Of a DNA stretch of 62,833 nucleotides, positions 25,347 through 38,700 are shown one piece after another. The notes under the pieces were generated by a model. It had not been told where the DNA came from. It saw only the letters and a program-made list of their open reading frames with translations, and did no database searches. A program made the translations under genes and the position numbers. How positions within the stretch are numbered: the stretch's first letter is position 1; the number at the start of each line of letters is the position of its first letter. The stretch comes from Vermamoeba vermiformis (taxonomy: Eukaryota). The stretch spans positions 310,001 to 372,833 of the forward strand of contig JBEWZL010000227.1 in the NCBI GenBank assembly GCA_045837725.1, in the 5' to 3' direction.

Positions 25347-27877
25347 TTAGACGAAGTTGAACTCGGGGAACTTAACGTTGTACTTGGAAGACAGTTCGCC
25401 AACGATCTTGTTGAGCTGTTGTTCCTTCATTTTGAGTTCGTTTTCTTTGAGCTGGATTTGCATTCGTTCATGAGCCATATCAGCCAACTCGCGTTCTTTT
25501 AGTCGATCAAAGTCGCCCTTCTTAATTCTTAACGCTTCTTCATCAATCTCCAATTGTCGTTGAAGATCGCGCAACAATTTTGATTGCTGATCGACCAATT
25601 TTTCTCGTTCGTGGATCTGCACCAATTGTCCTTGTTGTTGCAAAATCATCAATTGTTGCAATTGCAATTGAACCTTCATTTGCTCCGCGGTCATGCCGTC
25701 AGTAGAACCATTTTCCGCTTTGACGGATGCAGCCTCTTCTTCTTTGCTCGAAGTAATAGTTGCACTAGCAGCAGCTGCGATGTCGTTAATAGAGATCATC
25801 GGGGTCTGTGGAGGGTCAGGAGCAACGCTGTTGGCTAAAATGCTGGCTACTTCGACCAAAGCTGCTTCGCGTGACGAATCTCGTGAATGCGAAAGAGATC
25901 CCGAGCCACTGCCGCTATTGTCGCCGCGAGGAGTGGTGTGCGCGCTCTTAGGTGACAGGCCTAACCGACTGTAGCCAGTGTGACCGTTACTGCTAATGTT
26001 CATTTCCATCAATCGGTCGCCCAAGATCGTGGTGCGCGAAACTGATCGCGATCTGTGTCCTGCTTTTTTCGACGAGGGTTGCGTAGCTGCAGCGAGTTCA
26101 GCCAACCGCCTCTCTTCTTCTTCTTTGTAGTCATCGTCCATCTCTTCGTCTTCATCTTCGACTTCATCGTCGTCATCTTCATCGAGCACTGACATTGAAT
26201 TGTTATCGCCAAACGAGATCGAGCCAAAATCCCAAGTGTCTGGTTAAAAATTAATTAGAAATCGTGCCGTCCATGTATTAATATTCGTCATATTATTTAC
26301 CTGCTCTATCGCGAGATCTGTTCGTGCTATCTGCTTCGCCATTAAATCCGTTTTCGTTCTCGCCACTCAATCCGTCGTCAATATCCTCCTCATCGTCTTC
26401 GTCGTCCAAATAAGTGCCGCTGTGATTGCCGCTGAATTTAGCTTTAGTTCTTAGCCTGGCTGGCAATGAGCTGCGCGATAATTTTCTGCCGCCATTCTTG
26501 CTGGTACTGTTCTTGCGCATGGGGATCAGCTTTGGTGAAGTGCTGCCAGGCAAGCCGCTAGACTCGCTGGAGTTTGGTGAGCTTGAATCGTTCAAGGACT
26601 TCTTTTTAGGACGCGATCCACTTTTTCTGAAAGGTAAGAAAGAAAAATCGTTTAGTAAAATGAGTCGCCCTAGTCTTATCATAGATAGGTATACTACGTC
26701 ATCAGGTGACCTATTTTACTGTATTATGCGCGAGTACTTACTTCTTATTGCTGAGATTGTGCGGAGTATAGCAAGCTAACCGCCACCAGCCTTTATTGCC
26801 GTTCTTTTCGCCCACGCCGGACTGGAAATCCTTTGGTGACGTGCTAAGTGTTCTGGCAATAGTACTCTTCCATGTCATAGTCTTTGTGCGGCCTTTTGAA
26901 ATTAATTATTAGCTCGCAGATCGCGGATTTGGAATTTACTGTTAATTCATTAAACGGGATCATTCCGCATTTAGAATCCTTGAAAAGTGAACACAATAAA
27001 TCCGTTTCTCGAGGTGATCGTAAAAGGCAGCTTATAATGTGAATTTGAAGCGAGTAAAATAAAAAATGTGACCTACCAGTACATAATCGATCCCAGTTCG
27101 CATCTACAAAGTGTTGAATAGCCTTCAATGTGACGAAGCTAGCATGAGGATCACCGCTCTCGGTTTGCAAATTATATACAGAAATTTGAACGACGTCGTA
27201 CCAATCTAAAGAAGGAAAAATTATTAGCGATCGCGATCCAAAATTAAAATTAATGAAAAATCAGAAAAACTGATTAAGCCAATGCGCTAAAAAACTCCAC
27301 ACCCACTCTCCCAAGCATAATATTACGAATTCAGGATTAAAAAGCAAGTTGGATTTTAGGCTAAATTTCTTCGGAAAATGATCTGCGCTGAAAAATAAAC
27401 AAAAAGATTTCGTTTCAATCCTTCGATACGGGAGATTGACCGTATTGAAATTGTTACGGAGCTTGGGGAAGCAAGCGGGATTGATAGCTCGTTGGATTAG
27501 GCGATATCATTTTTGCATTTAAAACGACGATCGTAGGGATTTGAATCCACCAAAATTCTATTATTGTTTGTGTAAAAGATGTATCAATAATACCTACCTC
27601 GTTCAAGAAGTTTATAATCCTCTGTGCCATTGTTGCAGGTTTTGCACAAAAATGAGTAATGCCAGTCGCCATCGAGCGGTGGATTCTCGATCTGCTTAAC
27701 AAAGCAATGCTGATGATAAAATTTGTGACAAGCGTCGCATCTGAGATCAACTAAACACTTCTTCGGCTTATTCTCGCTCGATTTCGTCTTATCGTTGAAT
27801 ATATCAGTGCTGGAACGCTGATCACCGCAATAACAACCGTAAACAAACTCTATTTTCTTCTCTTTTCGTCCCGACAT
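25347..27877 (-). CDS. Chromatin protein: PHD finger and winged helix (KAT14/ASH2L/Polycomb-like type), then acidic/Ser-rich and coiled-coil regions
   Basis: GCYCG...CDACHKFYHQHC...GDWHYSFLCKTC, then DWYDVVQISVYNL, FVDANWDRLC, TWKSTIARTLS...FQSG...GWWRL. Q/E/K-rich heptad C-terminus. Confidence 0.8.
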
Positions 27878-29514
27878 CACCTGGTAATGACAAATAATAT
27901 ATTAGTACATTTGTATGACGCTATTTATAATAAAAGTTATAAAAGAAGCAAGGCAAAAGTCTTTGTGGGCGACAAGATCCGATCCGCTCGAAAAAGAATT
28001 TTTTAAAATAGCGCGCTGTGCTTGATTAGGCACGCTATTATGATATTATATCATTGTACATATTATTTATGATAGTCATTATTATTGAAATTGAAGGGAC
28101 TTGAATTCAATTGTTGGATCTTGGGGTTGATTCGCCGCCACAAGGAGACCTTAAGAATATGAGAAAAAATAAAATTAAGGAATGACTGTAATTTAATTTA
28201 TCCTAATTATTATATATGTTTCGCTGCTTGAGATCCAATACGTGGATCAGTTTTTGAAAGTTTCGAATCGGATCGAGCTCGCCGGCTTCCAGAATCTTAC
28301 CCTTTCTACGGCGCAGTTGCTGTACCGGGTCGATAGGATGACGTACTGTTGCTATTTAAATACAAAACGTGACTGTAGTTGTCACTAATAAAATACAAGT
28401 TAAAATTTGAAGTCAAACTTCCGCTGACAAAGCAACCCAAAAAAAAACGTCCCTGCGTCAAACTGATTCTTGAAATTGAATTATGTGGATGGTTAACATG
28501 ATCTACTGCGCGGCTCGCTTCCTTGGACCCTAATACTGCGAGTACTACGATAAAACAGAAACGGACATTTGGAATTGATCCGTTGTTTTTGCGGATTTGA
28601 GAATTAAGAGAGAATAGGACACAATAATATGCTTCAGATCATGCATGCGCACGTTGGATAATGATTAATTACAGCGTTAGCTCTGAAAAGTTCGTCTGGA
28701 TCTTGCGGATCCGAAAACCGACTTACACGACTAATAAGGAAATAGGTGTTTCGCTGAGGTTCTTATCCCTTCAATTTTCAACGGTCGATACTACCAGTAT
28801 CTCGTTGTGCAATCACAGCTGATTCATGTCATTAAAAATTTCAAAGGCTAAAAATGGACGCAGATCCAATAATAAAAATAAATAAAACTTGAAGCATCTT
28901 TGACGCGCCTTAGCAATAATAAAGGCCGCGTTAACTAGGGTCCAATTGGCGAATTCTTCCGCATCATGCTGTTAGGATTGCAGGCCACAAAATTGTTTTG
29001 AATTTAATGAACTCGCAATCAGAGCACAAGAAGAATCATTGGATCTTTCCATAGTATTGCGTGTTAGATTTATTAATGTGCATACGACAAGTACCCGCTA
29101 TAATATAATATTAATGTAGCGTAAAGAATGCATTCTTACTTGATCACTGTTGGATTCTCAAAAATTGAAAGCTCTGGAACAGCAGTGTTTGCCAAACTCA
29201 TGATATTATGTGTAATGCTTTACTTACGGTTTATTAGTAAGGAGTACTTGAAGACCTTCAGATTAGAAATCTGATCATTCCGGCCCCTACCTTGACAGCA
29301 CCAGTTAAAATTAGCCTCGAACTAATTTTTGTGGATCATTATTCACCAGCGTTATGGACCAGTGCTTTGTTGGTTGTGGTGCGTTAAATTCTATGAAATT
29401 CAAATAATTATTTCGTTTCGCTTTCTTTGGACACCGCGACCAATTATAAATTTCAATCAATTCATTATTTATCTCAAAACGAGTTAACAGCACGAGGTGG
29501 TAAAACAAGATAAA

Positions 29515-31007
29515 ATGGAGCACTTAGAAGAGAGTTGGGTTCAAGTCGAGCGTGATCTGAAGGAAATTATCACTTTAAAGGTCTTCAATCGCAATGCCTT
29601 ATTATCAGGTGTGCGCAACAATTTCCAAGCCTGCCTGGAACTCGAAAGCGGCATACTACAGACTCAAAAGAAACGTCCAGCATTTAACTTATGCTTAGGT
29701 AAGTCTTCACCATGCAATTTTGACTATAAATAGCATTGAATACTCTATAAACAGTAAAAATATTAATACTCGCTTCTTAGTCATCGATCAAAGCGGATCC
29801 ATGGAAGGCGACAAATTAGAATTCGCAAAGCAGGCCGCGACGATGATCGTTGAAAATCTGATTGAAGGCGACGTACTTCATATCGTTACTTATTCAGATA
29901 ATGCTACGACAATATTCTCGGGTGGAAATCATAAAACGAAGCAAGAGATTATTTCAGCCATCAACAGCATTCGCGCAACGAGTAAGCAAGGCAATCGAGA
30001 TATTTGAGGCCTGTAATTAACGGGAAATCTCATTTTAGACAACACGAACTTGTACGGAGGATTAGAACAAGGCTACTCAATCTTAGTCAAAGAGCCAAAC
30101 AATGCCCGCAAGAGAATCTTTTTGTTTTCAGACGGACTAGTCAATCACGGCAAGACAGACGAGAAGGATATATTCGAGGGCGTGAGACAGATGCACAAGT
30201 CAGACATTAACTTCACGACGTTTGGCATTGGCAGTGACTTTGACGAGAAGATAATGCGCGGTGTTGCCGAACATGGCAGTGGCGACTATTTCTTTATTAA
30301 ACAAGCTGAAGATATTGTTACACAAGTAGGCAAGGGCCTGAAAGTATTGGTACGTGTTGCATGAGACATAGTTTATTACAAATAGTACTAACTTGCCTTC
30401 AACTGTGCAGCAAGACTTAGTCGGTTGCAATGCTCAATTGACATTACAAGGACAGAATGGCGCTATTGTTACAAAAGTCTACGGCTACGATGACTTTGAC
30501 AAGGGCACAATTAAGCTCGGCGATATCTGTCAAGACGATTTGCGACAGTTGTTGATCGATGTTCAAGCGGATGTCACTCTTACAGACAGCGAGATCACGT
30601 ACTTGAACTGGACTCTCTCGTTCGAGTCTGCCGAGAAGGTCTCAAAACACATGGTGTTGAGTGGCGTGGCAAAGATCAAGGCAGTCAGCGACCCCGCCAA
30701 GATCGAGGACGACCCCGCTCAAGTCAAAGTGTCGCAAGCAGTCAAGTTCTCAGCAGAACAAGACCGCGCTATCAAAGAACTGATCCGAAATGGAGAATTC
30801 GATTCAGCCGTGGAGAAGAAGAAAGAGGCTGTTGCAGCCCTTGAAAAAGTTGTTTCGTACGACTCTACGGGTGTTGTCAAGGCACTACTCAAATTAGCTG
30901 AATCAGCAATCGTTACGCTCGCAGAGCAAAAAGACGTCGCGCAAATGGAAAAAGAAGCTGACTATGCTGAATATGGTGCTAGTATTGTGCACCGAAAGTG
31001 TTTCTAA
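29515..31007 (+). CDS. von Willebrand factor A (vWA) domain protein
   Basis: MIDAS motif VIDQSGSM, TNLYGGL, IFLFSDG, TTFGIGSDFDEKIMRGVAEHGSGDYFFI. 4 exons. Confidence 0.9.
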
Positions 31008-31127
31008 ATAAATTAAAAGTTGTTGAGCGACTCCACCACGTGTCATGAAATTTGACGTATGTCACGAAGCGAGCAATTTTCGCCCCGTCATCAGCTCTAT
31101 TGTCTTTGTCTATTGTTCCACACGGCA

Positions 31128-34100
31128 ATGAAAGTCCTTAATAACATTTGTATTTTGTTAGTGGTGGCTGTGACGTTCGCTATCTTCGCGGACGTGGCTC
31201 AAGCCAAATCCAACAATATTTTAACCCTGGATTCATCGAACTTTGATACAATGTGCGCAAAACACCCAAGAATTTTGGCGCTATTCACTGCCTCAAGTAA
31301 GAAAAATTAGCATCTGTCAATTACGCTACTTGGCCTACTTCATCTTATTTAATTTTATTAAACGAATACCATTGCTTATTACGTTGTATTAAATTGTATG
31401 CGTCACGTACGAACGTTCTTATGAAATGGCAAATTAAAATATTTTCTGCATCTGGACAACACATTTGCTGAAACTAATGAATCAACAGAATGTGAAGCAT
31501 GCACCAAATTTGGACCTCAGTTCGCAGATTTGTCGAAAGATTTTGCCTCTTCCAAGGATGAGCTAGTTTTCGCTTCGATCACCTGCACCAAGGAAGAAGA
31601 GTTATGCAAAAAATTTAATATCGCCAACTTGCCTACTTTGATTGTGATTGACAAGTAAGTATTATTAGTCAATACGCAACGGAATAATATTAAATTTTCT
31701 CCCGCGTCATTTTCAATTCTATTCGGCCACGTATTTAACGCTCAAATACGAGCCAATAATACTGTTATTACCAGTTTACTCATTTTCGACCATTTACCTA
31801 TAGGTGCGAGCAAGGTATTCGCTACAGAGGAAAGCACAATGGCATTGCTGTAGCCGAGTTCATCAGAAAGTGCGTAAATTGTAGTGACCTCGTCGCTCAA
31901 GATACTAGTACTAAATATTATTATATATCAGGTACCTCGTGAGTCCTGCTATTACTCTGCAAGGCAAAGACGAGCTCGCCATTTTCAAGAAAGATTTGAG
32001 CAGACTCGGCGTCGTTGGCTATTTTGAATCTAAGGAGGATCCTCGTACGTTTATTAAGCTACACATTACTATCTATATATAATGATTATTACTTATTGTT
32101 GTGGCCAAGAATTCAAGCATTAACTTTTCTCGTAGGCTACGAGCCGTTCCTTCAAGCCTCGCGTTTACATATGAATCAGTATCCTTATGGAGTTGTTATT
32201 GATGCTGACCCTGAAGAGTAAGTATTTAGTCAATTGTTATTATCTAGTACGAAGCTAAATTTGGATCTCACTTGAGGTACGGCATTCATGACGTCCCTGC
32301 AATTGTAATGTACAAACAAGGCAAAGAATATCACTACAGAATACCACGTGATGTCACTGGTAACTCTATTGTCGAATGGGTCAATGAGAACTCGCTCTTG
32401 TTCATGGTACGCAGATGCGCATCCATTTATTAATTATTAAGACCTTATAATGATTATGAATAGGATACTATTCCACTTGGAGAGTTAGAAGAACTCATTC
32501 GTACCAGCTTCGCATCAGTTGGTGTGTTCTGGTTGCCCGAAGATTATCCTCAATCAGATCTCGCTCAATTCGATATCCTCAAGGACGCTTTTCCTACTTA
32601 CTTCTTCGTTAAAGTATACGTAAAGCCGTAAGTATGAAGCTACTGTTACTTCCCCGAATCTTTCAAATGATAATTCGCCAGTACGCGTACCAAACCTTCT
32701 AATAATTTATTAGATCTGACAAAGAAACTGTTAAGCGCATCGTTTCTTCAGCTATTGATATCGAACAGCAGCTACCTGCATTTACGTTCATTCATTTGGT
32801 ACGTAGCGAATTCATTAAGGTTCTGAGTCTGACCACTGCTTAGACTACCGAGATCTATCCGTTAGAAGAGGGAGACGACTTCATTGCTGCTCATATTAGA
32901 GAGCTATTGAACGGTTTCCTTGAAGGCACTGCAAGATTAGTCCAAAAGTCCGCTCCTTTACCTGATCCCGCTCAAGAAAAGAACAAAATCGTCAAGACTC
33001 TCGTGTTCGATAACTACTACGCTACTGTCGATCAACCTCAACACGATTCAGTTATTCTTATGGTCAGCAAACGTAAGCTAACGATTCTTAATCAACGACG
33101 ATATTTATTTCCTTTTTAGGACATTGCTTGAAATGCGAAGAAATCCTTTCAACGCTGAAACAACTCGCAGAAATTATTAGACAGAAGCATGGCGAAGATG
33201 AGATTGCATTTGGCGAGTACGACATCGACGACAATTTTGTTCCTGAACTGCTCACGGATGTGCCTACTTTGTTCTACTTCAGGTAAGTCCAATTAAATAT
33301 TACTTATTACATATTGTCACCTAACATCTTATATGCCCAGAGCTGGTCAAATGAGTGCTCCTCGCAGCATTAGTAGAAACCTTAACAAAATTTCAGTGCT
33401 GTTCAATTTGATCAAGAACAGCGCAAGGTAAAATAGTATAATTTTCTTTATTTAGTATATTAATATCTCATTATTATCATTACAGCTTTGACTTTGATGT
33501 TGAATTGCCTAATACGGTTGAAGATCATGCTGAAGCAGATGAAATTTCGCCTGAAAACATGGGTGTGGCTCAAGAACAGCCAGATCCAAACGAATTCTTC
33601 GGGGACGTTGAGAACGGTAACGAAGAGCCAGTAGCGCCGTGGATGAACAATCCTGTTGTCGTGTCGAACATTGACGACAATTCTTTGCAGAAATTTATTG
33701 ATGAAAATGAACGTGTCTTGCTCGTCTTCGTTGAACGTACGTAAATACACAACTTCGTAATATAGCCTTACTAATATAACACCTAGATGCTAATGCCGAG
33801 GCCGATCTTTTGGAACAAATTGGCGTGTTGTCGCAGCAGTACGGAGATCGCATTGCATTCGGCAAAGTCGAGGCCAAGAATGCACCGCAAATGATTGCTT
33901 TCTTCAATATTAAGGACTTCCCTGCTCTTAAATACTTCAGGTACTATTATTAGATATCGACTACAATTCTAGCACGTGATTTTAATGCCTGTTTTAGTCT
34001 CCAAGAAGCCGTTGACATGCGCGAACTTGACGCCTTCACATTGCCTTCACTCGAGATTTTCTTGTGGAGGTAAGACTAGTCTATTTATAACAATGAGAAT

Positions 34101-35701
34101 GAGTTAATTATTGGATGAATTAGACATCTCGATGATTACGCACACAAGTTCAACACTGCTAAAGAGCTCGAGGAGTACGTGACCAATGAGGAGGGCAAGA
34201 CTTTTTGGACCCCTAAGTTGATTGTGCTCGGCGGTGTGTTCACGTCAGACAACCTTAAGAACCCAGGTACGTGATACTAAGCTGAGACTACGAACTAAAA
34301 CTCACCCTCTTGCAATAGCCTTCCGATCGTTCATGAAAACCGCGGAGTATTTGTTGTCTTCCGTCCAATCAGGCTACGTTGTTTACGACAACATAGGTCT
34401 CCCTGAAGAGTAAGTGACACGTGTCACTATTAGATGTCTATTACTAACCCGTGTGGTGCAGGTACGGCTTGGAGTCAGTCCCTTCATTGATGCTGTACAG
34501 CAACGGCAAGCGTGTCGCTGTCTTGCCGATGAAAGACGACGTTCTGTTGCCCATCAGCGAGTTGTCTAAATGGGTGCTCGACAATGGCATTCCCACCGTC
34601 GTAAGTCCCTGAGTCATTCTATATCTACCTCGCCTTTATATTAATAATCCTAACCCTCCCTCAGACTGAATTTTCACCCTTCTTGTACACCAATCTGTAC
34701 TGGAACTTGAAGCCCCTCGTTGTGTTGTTCGTCGATCAAAGCAAAACAGCAGATGCCACTGAACACATCAAAATGTTGGAGGAAGTGTGCACCGAGTTCA
34801 AAGGCAAAGTTCACTGCACTTACGCTAACGGGTACGTCCTTTTGAGCACTCTTATTAACGCTAAAAACCTAACCTTGTCGACAGATCCGATCCTCAACTC
34901 GTCGACAGTCACATGTTGCAATGGGATTTGAACCCTGAGAAATTACCCGCTGCTGTCATTGAAGCGTAAGTCATCCTTTGGAGCTGATTCTGTTTGGCTG
35001 ACACGTGTCACTTTTCAGTTGGCATGTCCGTGACGAAAGCGAGTACTACCCAATGCGCGTGGATGTCACCAAAGAGTCTCTTCGTGATCACATCAACAAG
35101 GTCTTGAACAAAGAGGTAAGCACTCGATGCATGACACGTATGCGACCATAAATTAACCCTTGTTGTACAGATCAAGTCCCACGTTCGTTCAGAGCCTGTT
35201 GTGCCCTTCGCACCGCTGCCAGAGATCACCAAAGTTGTTCGCAACAATCTCGAGGAGTTCATCAACCAGCCTGACAAGGAAGTGCTGTTGTATTTCACCC
35301 ACTCTGATGAACGAGGCTGTCCCTCTTGCCCTCGCGTTGACAAGGCTGCTCAAAAGTGGGCCAAGAAGTTCGCTAAATACACTAATGTGGCTTTGGGTCA
35401 ATTCGATGTTTATCGCAATGGTACGGACACGCCAGTTTATACATAGAGAGAAACGCGTTGCTTATGAATTTACGTAGACTTGCCCTTCAGCCTCTGGCGC
35501 GAGATTGGTCAAATCCCCGCCATGTTGTACTACAGATCTACCAACAAACAAGAGCCGCTCAAGTACATTAAGAGCTTGGAGTTCAAAGACCTCAAGGACT
35601 TCTTGATCGAGCACGGAGCGTAAGTATTGCCATTCTCAGCTTGCGTTTTGTTAATGTTCGTTTTTAGTACCCTTCACAAGGCCAAATCTGACAAGGACTA
35701 A
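31128..35701 (+). CDS. Large secreted/ER protein disulfide isomerase-like protein with about 8 thioredoxin folds (duplicated a-b-b'-a')
   Basis: Signal peptide and ILTLDSSNFD. CxxC motifs CEAC, CLKC and CPSC. Two x-linker-like motifs (KSAPLP, RSEPVVP). More than 20 short exons. Ends HKAKSDKD-stop. Confidence 0.8.
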
Positions 35702-35789
35702 ATACAATGACTAATTTTGATATTACATATGCAATAAACTTTTAATTAAAAATCCGAGTTATTTATTCAAAATTTCGCATTCAGCTTGC

Positions 35790-38700
35790 TTAAAAGCCAA
35801 AATGTTTGTTCAAAGCCTCTTGAGCTTGTTGATCAACCTTAGCAATATCAGCCTTCAAACTGTCAACATTAGACTTCCATTCGTTCAATTTGTTCTCAAC
35901 GGCCTTGCGAGTAGCTTCGTTGGTCAATTGTTCATCACGGAGCAAACTGCCGAAGATGCGCAACAATTGCACGCGGTCGAGTTCAGGGTGCTTGGCAACG
36001 AGTTCAATCAACACGCCGTGGCAAACAACAGCCTCTTCGTGATCCTTGGTGATGGGCAACAACTTCATGAATTCGTCGACGAGCTTGTTGAACTCAACGG
36101 CCTCAGGAGTGTACAAGCACAACTTGCCCAAAGAGCTGATGGCGTTGTCGATGACAGGAGCGAACTCTTCGTCTTGCGACTTCTCGCCGTGAATCAACTC
36201 CTTCAAGCCCTTCAAAGCATCCTTGACGAAAGGAGCGTACTTGGCCTTGTAAGCTTGAGCATAGACACCAATGCCAAAGGCAGCAGCTTGAGCAACATCG
36301 TTCTCATCAGCTTGGATGTACTTGGTCACGACGGGCAAGAACTTCTCGAGCAAAGCAAAGCTCTCCTCGCCGATGTTCTCAGCAATGGCATCGACCATGC
36401 AGCACATGAACCAGGGACCGAATGCCTCCTTGAAGGCAGGAACAGCGGTCTTGGCGCCCTTCTTCTTGACAAGTCCGGCAATTTCAACCATACGTTGGTA
36501 GACCCAGAGATTGGGAGTGAAGGCCTTGACGAACAAGTCCTTGTTGTTCTTGGCAATAGCTTCAACAATGGAGATCAAATCACCGACAACAACGTCAGCC
36601 TCTTCAATATCACCATTGGGACTTTCGTCATCATCGTCTTCGTCGCCCATTTCTTCGTCATTTTCACCGGCCTCAGCAGCAACTTGATCAACAATTTCGA
36701 GAACAGTGGACATCAACTCGAACAATTTGTTGACTTGGTTGGCATTCAATTGGCCAAGGTTAATAAGAGCAGCCAAAGCCTCAAGCTTGGCATCGATAGT
36801 CTCGAGCGAAGGATCTTCAGTGACGGAGTTGATCAACGCGTGAATAATGTCAGAGAACAATTTGCTCTTGTCCTTGTCAGAGCCAGTAGCGCTCTTGTAC
36901 AAGCTGACCAATGAGATAGCAGCCTTCTCGCGGACCTTTTCCAAGTGAGCGTAGTTCAACATGTTGGAAGCCTTCTCGACGGCAACAGCGACGTGAGGAG
37001 CAAAGAGAGGACCCAAGTTCTCGGCAAAGAGACCGAGAGCCTTGACGGCCTTGGCCTTGTTGTTGAGTTGCAAGAACAAAGTCTGGTTCATGGCAGCAGG
37101 GTTAATACCGCCCATTGAAGCACCAGCACTCTTCATGCCACCCATATCATCGTCATCATCGTCTTCACCGAAGGGATCGATGTCGTCATCAGGGATATCT
37201 TCAACAGTCTCAATGATGGAGACAAGAGTCTTCATGTAGACATCCAAGTAAGGAGCGAAGTCTTGGCCGAGTACCTTGGCAGCGAGACCAGCAGTCAAGA
37301 CACAGACAGTCTTGAGCCAGTCTTCAGGGGATTGTTCCTTCTTTTCATTGCTCTCTTCCAGAGAAGGCAAATCGCCGAAGTTGAAAACAAAAGGCTTTTC
37401 ACCAGCAGGTTGAGCAGCGGGTTGAGCACCACCGAAGTTGAATGTGAAGTTGGGTTGAGCACCGGTAGTAGCGGCACCAAAGTTGAAGGTGGGGGCAGCA
37501 CCGGTGGAAGCAGTACCGAAGTTGAAAGCACCAGGAGTAGCGGGCTTGGGAGGTTGCTTGGCCTCAACTTCCTTGCGGATAGTCTCAAACTTCTTGACGG
37601 CAACATCGAGGGCAGCCTTGACAGCCTTCTTTGCCTCGTCGTCGACCTTGTATGAAGAAATTCTGCAAATGGTTTCGAGGACTTGACCAAGTTCTTCGTT
37701 GTCCTGAGTGTTCAACAACTTGGAGATGGCTTGCAAAGTGGCCTCACGGTAAGGCAAGAAGTGATCTTCTGCAGCACCAGCCAAAGCAGCAGCTGTGTAG
37801 AAAGAACGCTCGCGGATGTGCTTGTCCTCGCTGTTGATCAAAGGCAAGACACCCTCGAACAATCTCTTCAAGTAAGGAGCGAGGAGTTCAGGGTCGTCAA
37901 CCTTCTCGCAGAAGTTGTTCAATGAAGCAACGGCGACCAATTGGTTGCGCTTCTTAGTGCCGTCAAACAAGAAAGCCTCGAGGGCAGGCAAAATAGTGGC
38001 GTGGTATTTGTTTTGAAGCTCTGGGCCCAAGTCGTGCATCATCAAGCTGAGAGTGTGAACGGCAGCGTGAACGACGTCGGAGTGAGGGTGGTTCAATTGA
38101 GCCATAATGTAGTTCTTGAGGACCTTCTCCATCAAAGCGTCGCTAGTCTTGTAGACAGCAGCGCTGGCTTCGCAAGTAACAGCCAACATGAACAAAGCGG
38201 CGTGCTTGGCCTTGAAGTCAGCGTTGGGGTCAGTGAGAGGTTGGTCAACCAACTTCAAGACAGTGTTAAAGATAGTAGGGCCACCAACGACCATGCTCAA
38301 CTTGTCAACGTATTCAGTGAACTCTTGGTTAGGTCTGGGAGCATCGACGTCGCCAACCTTGTTGGGATCAGCATTCCATTCGTCGGTGGGCCAGTTGATC
38401 AACAAGTCTTGCAAAGCCTTCAACATCATGTGCAAGCTCTCATCGCTGACAGGGTTGACGTCATCCATTTCGTCGTGATCATGATTGCAGTTCTCGCCGT
38501 GCACGTGCTCGTGAGCGTGAGCCTTAGCCTTGGGTTCGGCGGGCTCTTCCTCATCGTCCTCTTCGTCTTCTTCATCTTCCTCATCGCCAAAATCAGCACC
38601 CATCATTTGAGCAACGGCGAATTGAGCAAGAGACTCCCAGACGTTAACAACGTTGTCCAACAACAAGTGGACGATCATCTTGCTGCGCTTGTTGTGCTTC

